The notes under the pieces were generated by a model that had not been told where the DNA came from, made no database searches, and worked only from the letters and a program-made list of their open reading frames with translations. From Nymphaea colorata (taxonomy: Eukaryota): a stretch of DNA of 64,000 bases. A program made the translations under genes and the position numbers. The DNA lies in the NCBI RefSeq assembly GCF_008831285.2, contig NC_045138.2:37386001-37450000 (forward strand), in the 5' to 3' direction. Shown piece after piece: positions 24,130 to 34,658 of this stretch (position 1 is the first letter of the stretch; every line of letters starts with the position of its first letter).

Positions 24130-25023
24130 ATGGCGGCATCTCAGGCTCTCGTCATCCTCTCCCTGTGCCTCTCATCTACACTTCTCTTCTCATCCGCTCC
24201 TGCTCAAGGTCAGCCCGCTCCGCCGCCGCCGCCGTTGAACTTGATCGACACGCTGCAGAAAGCCGGCCAATACTCCACGCTCATCCGCCTCCTCGGCACC
24301 ACAAGGGTCGGCGACCAGCTAGCTTACCAGCTCAACAACTTCTCGAAAGCCACCTTCTTCGCACCCACCGACGCCGCCTTCAACAGCCTTCCCTCGGGCT
24401 TCCTCAACACCATGTCGATGGAGCAGCAGGTTAAGCTCCTCAACTTCCACGTCGTTCCCCATCTCTTCACTTGGAACGACTTCAAGAATGGCGTCCCTCC
24501 CCAGGCGACTCAGGCCTCCGGACCCAACGGCCCTTACGTCCTCACCTTCACCTTCATCTCTGACCAGCAGGTGAAGGTGAGCACCGGGTTGGTGGAGACG
24601 ATCTTCACTAATGCTCTGAACTTGACGCCGCCGCTAGCAATCTATCAGGTCGACAAGGTGCTGATTCCACCCGGTATGTTCAGCCCCTCTTCCGCATCGT
24701 CGTCGTCGCCGGCACCAGGCAGCGGCTCTGCGCCATCTTCTTCTGCTTCACCACCATCGTCCTCTGCGCAACCACTTGCACCTTCCTCGTCATCGTCACC
24801 CCTGCCATCAGCGCCAACACCGACGAGTTCTTCACCTCCAACTCATGCGCCGCCTAGCAAATCTGCTCCGTCGCCAACCACCCCTCGTGCCAGTGCACCT
24901 GCTTCCACCGGTTCAGCGCCGGCTTCGACCAGCACTGAAACTGGTTCAGCACCTGCCGGTGCCCTTGGGCCCTGGAGCTTGATGGGCAGCCTCATGGCCG
25001 CTGCACTGGCTACAATGGTTTAG
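24130..25023 (+). CDS. Fasciclin-like arabinogalactan protein, single FAS1 domain, GPI-type (297 aa)
   Basis: Signal peptide; FAS1 H1 TFFAPTDAAF, FH motif LNFHVVP, H2 AIYQVDKVL; long Ser/Pro/Ala (SP/AP) region; hydrophobic C-tail; intronless. Resembles group-B FLAs (FLA6/7/9/11/12/13 type). Confidence 0.93.
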   Translation: MAASQALVILSLCLSSTLLFSSAPAQGQPAPPPPPLNLIDTLQKAGQYSTLIRLLGTTRVGDQLAYQLNNFSKATFFAPTDAAFNSLPSGFLNTMSMEQQVKLLNFHVVPHLFTWNDFKNGVPPQATQASGPNGPYVLTFTFISDQQVKVSTGLVETIFTNALNLTPPLAIYQVDKVLIPPGMFSPSSASSSSPAPGSGSAPSSSASPPSSSAQPLAPSSSSSPLPSAPTPTSSSPPTHAPPSKSAPSPTTPRASAPASTGSAPASTSTETGSAPAGALGPWSLMGSLMAAALATMV

Positions 25024-26030
25024 ATTACTTGACCGCGAAGGCCTATACTGTGTGCCATTTCTATGTCTTCTTCTTCTTCTGTGTGCTGTCATCTGCTCCG
25101 TATGTGTTGCTCTATTCCGTATTCACTTTGAATCGTGTGATATTTCAATGCATATACTTAAATTTGTATTGGTTTATGACCAGTAAGTTTCATATAAATT
25201 GTGCTGTCAACGTAGAGATTAAGCATCTCTTTATAAATAAATTAATTTTAAGGTATCTTAAGACACCCACCGTCGATCACTTTTCATATACTGTAAGAAA
25301 AAGGTAGATTACGAAATTTCAGTGATCAGATTAATACTGATCTCAGCATCTGAAGTGTAGCTGCACCCGCTTTTGGACGTGCTCTCGCTACATGCGTCCT
25401 AATCAAAGGAGAAAAATGAGGATGTTCATATGTTTTTTTTAATGGATTCCATACTCGTAGGGTGACAGCATAATTGGACGGAATAAATCTCGCTACTTTC
25501 TTTTCCTTTTAACATTTATAGGCACGAATCTATTTATACCTAGATATTAATTGAAAACAAAAATAAAATTTTGCTACTTTCCTGGCTTTAAGAATTTTAA
25601 CATTTATAAGCACGAACCTATTTACATCTAGATATTTTTGGCAACAAAAGAATCCAGATCTGGATAAAAACAATGTTTTTTCTTTCCATATATGAAGAAA
25701 ATCTAATTAGTAAATTTGATGCTTAGAAATGCAAAAGTTAAAAATGTGGCCCGTGATGGTTTGCAACCATGATCAGGATACCGGAATACCAACCCGAAAT
25801 TGGATCCATTTAATTGGATTTAGTGCAAAGCATTATCCAAATCCTAACTAAGCACGCACTGGTTGTGGATAGGGTGACTAAGCCAAGAGATCTGATCTTG
25901 TGCGTTCTGGATTTGGATTCAATTGAAAAAAATTCGGGTCCGATACCAAATTCGACTAGGACGCGCACGTATAAAGGCCGACCTTGCGTATTGTGTGGAA
26001 GGAAGAAACAGAGCAAGCAAGAAGAAGAGA

Positions 26031-26891
26031 ATGGCGGCCTGCAACTCGTTCTTCATCCTCTCCTTCTGCCTCTCATCTGCAATCCTCTTCTCCACCATTG
26101 CTGCTACAACCCCGCCGCTGCCTCCGCTGAACTTGATCGACACGCTTCAGAAAGGCGGCCAATACTCGACGCTCCTCCTCCTCCTCGCCACCACACAGGT
26201 GGCGAACGAGCTAGCCAACGAGCTCAACAACAGCTTCACAAAGGCCACCTTCTTCGCTCCCACCGACGGCGCCTTCAACAGTCTCCAGAAGGGCCTCCTC
26301 AACTCCCTGACGACGGAGCAGATGGTCAAGCTTCTGAACTTCCACGTCATCCCCCGCCTCTTCACGTGGAGCGACTTCACGAATGGCGTTCCTCCTCAAC
26401 AGACTCAGGCCTCAGGGCCCGACGGCCCCTACTTCCTTAACTTCACCTCCATCTCCAACCAGCAGGTGAGGGTCAGCACGGGCTTGGTGGAGACGTCCTT
26501 CTCTAATGCCCTCAACTTGACGCCCCCGCTAGCAATTTATCAAGTCGATCAGGTGCTGTTTCCGCCGGATGAGTTCGGCGTCGTTTCCCCTCCGGCACCG
26601 GCGCCGGCTCCATCGCCGAAGAGTGGTGCTGCACCGTCTTCATCTCCCTCACCATCGTCGTCTGCATCTCCATCTGCTCCGCCACCATCTTCATCACCCC
26701 CACAACCGTCGCCTCCATCACCAGCGGGTGCTGCACCATCAAATCCGGCATCGGACTCTCCCGTTCCCGATGCACCTGGTTCGACCGGCTCCGAAGTGGG
26801 TTCGGCGCCTGCTGCTCTGAATGGCTTGTGGGGATTGATACTGAGCCTCATGGCTGCAGTGGGAGTGGCTTATATTGCTCTGGTAGTGTGA
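26031..26891 (+). CDS. Fasciclin-like arabinogalactan protein, single FAS1 domain, GPI-type (286 aa)
   Basis: TATAAA at 25970; signal peptide; TFFAPTDGAF, LNFHVIP, AIYQVDQVL; APAPAPSP glycomodules; hydrophobic tail. Close paralogue of 24130-25023. Confidence 0.93.
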   Translation: MAACNSFFILSFCLSSAILFSTIAATTPPLPPLNLIDTLQKGGQYSTLLLLLATTQVANELANELNNSFTKATFFAPTDGAFNSLQKGLLNSLTTEQMVKLLNFHVIPRLFTWSDFTNGVPPQQTQASGPDGPYFLNFTSISNQQVRVSTGLVETSFSNALNLTPPLAIYQVDQVLFPPDEFGVVSPPAPAPAPSPKSGAAPSSSPSPSSSASPSAPPPSSSPPQPSPPSPAGAAPSNPASDSPVPDAPGSTGSEVGSAPAALNGLWGLILSLMAAVGVAYIALVV

Positions 26892-29800
26892 GAATAGTGA
26901 GTTATTTTTAGAGAGAAGTGGAGGGATGATGCCGTCTGTGTGATCTTTCATTTCTCGGGTGATTAGTCATTTTATAGTTTGTGGCACGTGACATTCACTC
27001 ACTCTCAACTACATCTACTTGTGTAGTCTTTTTCGTTGCTTCTTTGAGTTCCATTAGATATATGAAATGTTTCTCCGATCTCTGTTTCCCTTTATTCGTC
27101 TCCGGCTAGTCGGAATTTCTCCCGCTCACCAGAAAAACGTACAACAGGAAAAAGGAAAAGAATTGTCCACATCACTTCTGTTTTGTAATCTTTTTTCTAT
27201 TTTGAGGGAGAAATGAATCTCATGCATTAGATGCCAACAATTAACGGCGTAATCTTTTCGAATTGGGTAGTTTCCTCTTAATGTGTGACAGTAACAGATC
27301 AGAACGAGTAAATGCTAATGAGTAGAAGAAGAGGAAACAACGCAGCAGATTGGCAAATTACAGATGCTCACAAAGCAAAAGAGTAGCAACGAATTAACGG
27401 CCAAACAATCTCACGGTCCAAAAGCAATCTGTGGACTATTCGCTTTCCCATTTTACTCGGCAACCTTCTTGCTCTGATGCTGTAACGGTAAGAGGTAATT
27501 GTGGCAAGAATTTCTGCATCAAAATCGTCCTTAAAGAGACGACGCAGATAACATTAGATGTGAGTATTACGCCTCTTATCTCAAATTTATTGCACCTTTT
27601 TCTGGTTGTCCCTTGATTTAGTAGCTATAACAAATACAGACTGTACTAAGAATTACATACATCATTCTAAAACAGTGTACCAAGTATTGAGCTCTTAGAA
27701 TCAGAACCATGGTTACATAGGCACCTGACAGTAACAGGAGGAGTTATTTGACAACAGCAACACTGATACAGTGTTTCTCGGGAATTAGATCTAAACATTA
27801 GAGCAAATTAATGAAACAGTTCTACTGTATTTTAGTAATCTGTTTCAACTTTTAGGACAACTTTATGGAACCAGAATGTTAGTGTTCATTGTATAGGCCA
27901 ATTTGGCGGTCCGAACCAATATGCATCAGCTGATACACACCAAAGTTGGCATTGGTTCGCCTTTCAAGGCTTGAAGAAACCAATGCCAACTTGTGCTCGG
28001 CTAGAAACCAGTCCACATGAAGGTTAGGGTTGAAATTCAATTGAATATCTAAAATTGAACCAAATTTATGACTGGGGAGCTTGCAGGGGCCATGCGCACA
28101 CCTCCCCCTTCCCTCCCTTTCAATTTCTTTTTTTAAATTTTGTATGCAAATTTTTACTTAACCTAAACAAAAATTTGAAATAATTATATTTCACCTCTTG
28201 TCAAAATTTTAAAAATATAACTCATCCCCCCTAAAAGGGCCCCAAAAGAGCCCCCATTGTTATCTGTGAGTGAGAGGTTGACAATCCACCCCTATAAAGA
28301 GGCATAAAACAACTGTTTTTGAATAAAAAAATTACAAATAGGTGCCTACTAATGTGCCAGTATCAAACAACTGCCCAATCTTTCAAAATAATCAAGACAC
28401 TTAACTTTTGCATCTGATTCTTAAAAAACCGTCTTCTCGTACAAAATATTAAAAAAAAAGGGAGACTATAACATCCTCCTCAAACAAAGTTCAAAAGAGT
28501 AGGAAGTGAATCGACCGGCTTTAAAGATTAGAAACTCGGGATTTTCACTGAATAGACCTTGACGTATAACCCGCTCTTCTAGCCTCAACTGGAAAGAGAT
28601 CAAATTTGAATTCGAAGCAATGGATGTCTTGTAATTCAATGATTTTGATTCCTGTTCGTTCCACCAATTAAAATCAAATTTGGCCCAATCTTTTACTAAA
28701 TAAAAGAATTGAGCCCGAACCAACTCAAGAATGAGGCTCCCATGCATTTGCATATATCAATATGTACATACGTATGCTATGCAGTATGTAAGAAAGATCT
28801 AAAATTAAAATCTTCTCTTTAAAACTAAAGAGTTCAATCTTTTTATTGTTGGATCCATAATAAACCCATGGATCCTCGGGATTGACGGATCATTTGATAT
28901 TCTCTAATTCTAGATTATAGATCAAGCTAAGGGTCACAATCCCGTATTTCATGTTTCAATAAAAACTAATATTAATAATATGTACAAAATTTCTTAAGAG
29001 GAGGGAACAGCCAAGGGCAACCGACTCTCGCCGGCTAGTGACGACCCAGCGATCGTTGCCGTCCGATAATAGGATGGGAGCAGGCACGGTAATCCCTCGC
29101 TGAACGACAAGGGTGTGAGTCTTATTTATTTTTATTTTTTTTTTAAATGGTGGTTTTTGTCTTTCTCTTGGTTAATTTAATATTTTTAATGAAAAAAAAA
29201 GCAAGGTTTTCGTCAATGATGAATTTCAGATGTGGGTCGGAAGTTTGATATTGGCGCCGGCTGCGTTATTTTTAGGCGCCTATTTGCAATTTCTTCTTTC
29301 TTTAGTAAATGTAACCTTAAGCTGCAAAACAAAATCCTGGGAAGTCCAGGAGAGAGGAGTTACCCACGGCTAAAGCCATGGCTAAAACCATTTTCTTGAT
29401 GACCAAATCCGTCATCGGTATCATGTTAGGAGATGGATAAATCCATCAATAATTTCTGATATTAGGTATTTAGGAGACTGTGGACCGTGGCTGAAAGGTT
29501 TTTAATGATGGCTAAATCTGTCGCCAGCATTGTGTTCGGTGACGGACGAATGGGTAACTAATTGTTGGTATTCGGCAATGGTTTTGGAACGTCTATCGTA
29601 GGTTGGAACAGATCACAGGTAAACACTTGTATCAAGCGAATGAGTTCGAGCGTCAGGTACGGCCTATAATGTGATTTGGATTTGGATTAAAAGTCGGATT
29701 CATGCATCTGTTAAAAATTCATTGGATTCTGATTATGAATTTTAATTTTGGGTTTGATATTTTTCTTTCTCTGAATTTGAATCTGAATTCATATCTGAAA

Positions 29801-30293
29801 TATAGATATCTGAAAAAACTGATATGGTAAAATATACATCTGATTTAGATATGATCCATTGACATCACCACCTAAAGATCTAATTGCCGATAAATAAGAT
29901 GAGCCAGATCCAACTAAATGATTTGAACCTGCTCCGGTCATTGATCCATTTACATCCGTGTTACCTAGGCCGGGTCAACAGATCGAATGCACCTAATACC
30001 AAACATGGTTAGTAACAAATATAATCATATTTTCCATTCCTAAATTGGATCTAAATGCAAAATAATCTGAATTATTAAGGCCGCAACTGTGTCTGAACTT
30101 GAATGCAAATGGTAATTCTAGTACATCCGAGTCTAAAATCACCCACATGATCTACACTAGATAGGGATGACAAGATTTGAACGGGGTTAGTTAACAGACA
30201 TACTCCTCAATAAACCGGGTTAGGCTCAATCCAAGCCGGACCAAGGGCGGTTAGGGCTAGGACAGGCCACACCAGTCCAAATGAATTTGCAGC

Positions 30294-30723
30294 TAGAGAT
30301 GTTAACAAATCGGATTTGAATTAAATATATACTTAATCATATCTACTTTTTCAGATATTCGCATATTTAAATTTGAACCCAAATTCAAATACAAATGAAG
30401 AAAACCCATGTTTGAATCTCAGTCTAAAATCTGATTGAATGAACCAAATCCAACTTTTAAATTCACATCCAAATCCAAATTTTAGGCAGAGTTTGGCCGG
30501 TTTTCAAAATATAAGGGTATTAGGTGTATGATATTTATTTAAAACTACATTCGATTTGAATTCGAACCCGAATTCGAATTTGATTATATAATTATGTATA
30601 TTTGAATACGAATCTGATTGAATGCCATTTGTTAAATCTGAATCCAGTCCTTTTTCTTAATCAGATATTAATTGAATGGTTCGATCGGGTATCCCATCCA
30701 AATGAGATATGTTGACATCCTTG
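30294..30723. mobile_element. Non-autonomous hAT element (family B, Ac/Ds-like TAGGGATG ends), 430 bp
   Basis: Exact 8-bp TSD TTTGCAGC (30286-30293 and 30724-30731). TIRs TAGAGATGTTAACA / TGTTGACATCCTTG (10/14 match). Interior is rich in TTTGAAT/ATCCAA subterminal-type repeats. Confidence 0.8.
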
Positions 30724-31402
30724 TTTGCAGCTTACATACTGCCAAGTTCAGTAATTGCTTTCTAACTAGCTTGGGTGCATCTTCTTTGAAATGCTTGATG
30801 TTAGAAAGCTCGACCCATGTATAAGAAATTGTGCATGAGGGTATGAAATGACCAAAATATCCTTGGTCAATAAATAGGATAGCCCCTCATACAAGGACAA
30901 AAAAGAGAGTGAAAAAACATGTTTAAAAAGGAGTTCCATTCAATTATATGCGAAACGTTTATTTATTTTCTCGTTGACATCTTCACTGTTAATGAAAGCA
31001 ACGGGTGGTGATGATGTCATAATGGCCAACCACTGCATACATATATATATATATATATAAGAGAAGGAATGTCAATGGTTCGATGGCTTGACGGCCTTCT
31101 ACTTACTACATTACATGATTGATCAATGGAGATGTCAAAAGGTCGTTCCCACTCTCCAGCTTCAGAGTTTCATCTTATCCGTCCTCATCGGATCTCCACT
31201 CAATCGACTCAAGCTTGTCCTTGGGCTTCGATCTGACACTTAAAGTTGCATACCAATCTGATAGGTATAAGATTTCACATTTGTTTGTGGGATTTTAGAT
31301 TATGATCTAAACATAGAATTCATACCAGATACCTTTTCTTTGCCAGATCCAACTAAGAGAGTCCAGTTTGTTTGTCACAATGCATTTTCCAATGTGTCGG
31401 CA

Positions 31403-31539
<137 letters not shown>

Positions 31540-33133
31540 CGGTCTGTCGCCGTCCATATTTTGGTAGTTGATTATTATACGCAAAGGCAAAAGGTAGATA
31601 GGCAATGAGCCCAAATTGTTTGGACTTTGGTGGGGAGAAAGATATATGCACCTTATATAAAAAATATAAAGTTTTTATGGGCTGCAAACATATCGGATTT
31701 GAATTGGATATATTCTTAAAGATATATATCCCTTGTAAGGATGTTCAATGGTTTTGGATTTGAATGTGAAGGAAGGTAGGTTCTATATGAAACTCACAAT
31801 CCAAATCCGATTGTTCAATTCGCATGTGAATCTGACTACTACTTTTAAACAATGTCCGAATTGCATTACAATATGTTAAAAAACTGGATTAGACATTTAA
31901 TATAAGATATTTATTTAAAACTTTTGTTACTTACTACAAAAGATCGATAGAATCATGTACACATCAGCACTTAATTAATTAAATACGCACCTTCCTGAAA
32001 ACGTCAAGTCATCACAAATAAAAAAAAAATTCTCCGATTTTTTTATCATTTTTTTGATATATCTCAATTTACATAAAACGACAGAGTGCCTTTCGTAAAT
32101 GCACTTGAGCTGGAGCGCACCTGTGGGTGTCGGTTTCGCTGCTTGTTTTTCCGTTCGTCTTAAAACTTTCCGGGTAACTGCTGCATGTGAACTCTTGCAT
32201 AAAACCGGTAAGTTGACAAAATAAATTGCTGCCGACGTTACTCGTCATCAGAAACTCCAAAAATGAAAATGAAGAAGAAGAAAAGATTCTTCTCCATCGG
32301 CTACTCCCCAAGAAAAGATATGAGATTAAAGAAAAGAAAGTAACTCGATTCGATTCGAGAGAAGGAAGCTAGTGAGAGAGATTGCCCGGGTTGGGAATTT
32401 CGAAACAGTCAAAACTTGGCTGGAATCTGACGTTACCGGCGTCCATAAACTCGCACAGAGACTCTCAATTGCACACATAACAGGGAAGTACGTCCTTGAA
32501 AATTTTAAAAACTTTCAGTCTTTCAATAGTTTATTTGATAAATCTCAAGCCCAGAATGAATAATGCATCTGCTATGATTCATCTACCAAGAAAGAAAACG
32601 ATCTTCTTTATGAGCAACATATGATTATTGAATCTTTTAGGCTGTTGATTTATTAAGTCCTCGTAAAGAATTACATATGCATCCAAAGCAAGCGGCGTAA
32701 AACGCTGGTTCCTGTGAATTAATCATATGGAACATTGCTATGATAAATCAATCTGTACGATGACTTTGTCGACAACTTCTTTCTTTCTTTCGCCATCTCT
32801 TTCTCTCTCTAGAAAATTGAGAAATTCCATAAATTTCAGTTTTTCAACGTTTATGAGCTAATATGTCAGGTGCATGTCATTTTTAAATGTAATATAACGC
32901 TTTCTTTTTCTCCTCCCTGCAACCAATCACATGGGGACATGATCGTAAAAATGCATAAGCGTCAGTCTCACCATTCTTGGCTTTTGCCTCGCTCCCAACT
33001 ACGCACACAGCTAATGCCAGCAATCCTCCAGGGCCCCACACTCCCCTCCATTAAAACCCCCCTTCTTCTTCTTCCTCTTCTCAGTCGTAACCACCGCCAT
33101 AAACCACAAGCAGCAGCAGCAGCAGCAGAGAGA

Positions 33134-33874
33134 ATGGCGTCGCCATCCAGCTCTTCGCCTCTCCTCTTCCTCTCCCTCTGCCTCTCTGCTGCGCTCCTCT
33201 TCTCCGGCGCTTCTGCCACGACCAACATAACCGGAATCCTCTCGAAGGCCGGCCAATTCTCGGTGTTGATCCAGCTTCTTAACACCACACAGGTGGGAAT
33301 TCAGCTCACCAACGAGATCAACAACTCGTACCAGGGCATGACCCTCTTCGCCCCCAATGACGGCGCCTTCAACAGCCTTGAATCCGGTTTCCTCAATAAC
33401 CTCACGCAGGAGAACCAGGTTAAACTTCTTATGTTCCACGTCCTCTCCAAGTTCTACACCTGGGATGACTTCAGGAGCATCAGCAACCCTGTGATCACTC
33501 AGGCATCCGGATCTGACGGCCCTTATGGCCTGAAGTTCACATACATCTCTAACCAGCAAGTGAATGTCAGCAGCGACGCCGTCACCACCACGTTCACGAA
33601 TGCCGTCAACTTGACAAAGCCGCTGGCCATATACGAGATCAGCAAGGTTCTGTATCCCAAGGACAAATTCAATGCACCCCTTGCACCAGCTTCGTCGCCA
33701 TCGGAACAGAATGCTACAACTAAAGCTGGGGCACCCTCTAGTGTTACATCATCTAAGGGTTCATCGTCCGATTCTTCAAAGTCAGCAGCTGCCAGCGTTC
33801 GTGGGCAGTGGAGTAATTTCATGGGGAGTCTGTTCGCAGTCGTGGGGATGGCCTGCATCGGCTTCATGATTTGA
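33134..33874 (+). CDS. Fasciclin-like arabinogalactan protein, single FAS1 domain, GPI-type (246 aa)
   Basis: Signal peptide; NITGILSKAGQF, MTLFAPNDGAF, LMFHVL, AIYEISKVL; short Ser/Ala-rich region; hydrophobic tail; multiple N-x-S/T sites. Confidence 0.93.
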   Translation: MASPSSSSPLLFLSLCLSAALLFSGASATTNITGILSKAGQFSVLIQLLNTTQVGIQLTNEINNSYQGMTLFAPNDGAFNSLESGFLNNLTQENQVKLLMFHVLSKFYTWDDFRSISNPVITQASGSDGPYGLKFTYISNQQVNVSSDAVTTTFTNAVNLTKPLAIYEISKVLYPKDKFNAPLAPASSPSEQNATTKAGAPSSVTSSKGSSSDSSKSAAASVRGQWSNFMGSLFAVVGMACIGFMI

Positions 33875-34348
33875 ATGTAGAGTCCTGCTACGGAGGTCTG
33901 AGCATCGTGTGTATGGAATATTGTGGCTTTCTTTTTTTTTTGTTTCTGTGTTCCCTTTCTTGAGCTTCTTGTAGCCTTCGCCATTCATTGATTTGCAATA
34001 TACATCTCTTTGTGGTACCATCTTCAGATTAATGTGCTTTCTTCACGTTCGTCCCATTGGGGTGGCTTTAATCTGTGCAGATCTCTGAGATTGCTACTGC
34101 AAATCTCTCTGTCACTCTCTCTCTCTCTTTCTCTTCGTGTGAAAAGCCTTGGGCACCTTCTTGACAAAAATGTATTACCGTAACATACACAGAGATATTC
34201 AGTGAAAAGAAGGGATATCCTCTGGCTTGTCCTGTTTTTCACTCACCCCCGTGTGCTCATGGCTGGTTCTTAACGATCCCACCTAAAACCAAATGCAGTA
34301 TCTGCAGATCCATGCAAGAGTTTAAGCAGGTAACTTCTTCAGTGAATG

Positions 34349-34658
34349 AAGGCACTCACTGGTTTTTTACTGACCTGCAGAAATGTTACCAATTTTCATT
34401 ATTTCAATAGAAGGCACTCACTGGTTTTTTACTGACCTGCAGAAATGTTACCAATTTTCATTATTTCAATACAAGGCACTCACTGGTTTTTTACTGACCT
34501 GCAGAAATGTTACCAATTTTCATTATTTCAATACAAGGCACTCACTGGTTTTTTACTGACCTGCAGAAATGTTACCAATTTTCATTATTTCAATACAAGG
34601 CACTCACTGGTTTTTTACTGACCTGCAGAAATGTTACCAATTTTCATTATTTTAATAC
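34349..34658. repeat. Tandem array, 5 x 62 bp
   Basis: Unit AAGGCACTCACTGGTTTTTTACTGACCTGCAGAAATGTTACCAATTTTCATTATTTCAATAC starts at 34349, 34411, 34473, 34535 and 34597. Only the first and last units differ, by one base each. Confidence 0.97.

Noticed and set aside
26147..26951. Antisense and alternative-frame ORFs over FLA genes (also 24165-24982, 32968-33984)
   Set aside because: Shadow ORFs caused by GC-rich, stop-poor coding sequence.
27946..27965. Possible miR394 (starts TTGGCATT)
   Set aside because: Only the first 8 nt match the conserved mature sequence.
29350..29560. CACTA-like subterminal repeats (ACGGCTAAA, CCGTC, CCGTGGCT)
   Set aside because: Too degenerate; no terminal CACTA or 3-bp TSD found.
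32870..33133. 88-aa N-terminal extension of the FLA ORF, including a poly-Ala from a (CAG)n run
   Set aside because: The signal peptide begins at the ATG at 33134, as in the paralogues. The same applies to the upstream extensions at 19400, 24040 and 25923.
34349..34658. CRISPR-like array
   Set aside because: Units are contiguous with no unique spacers, there are no cas genes, and the context is eukaryotic; it is a minisatellite.
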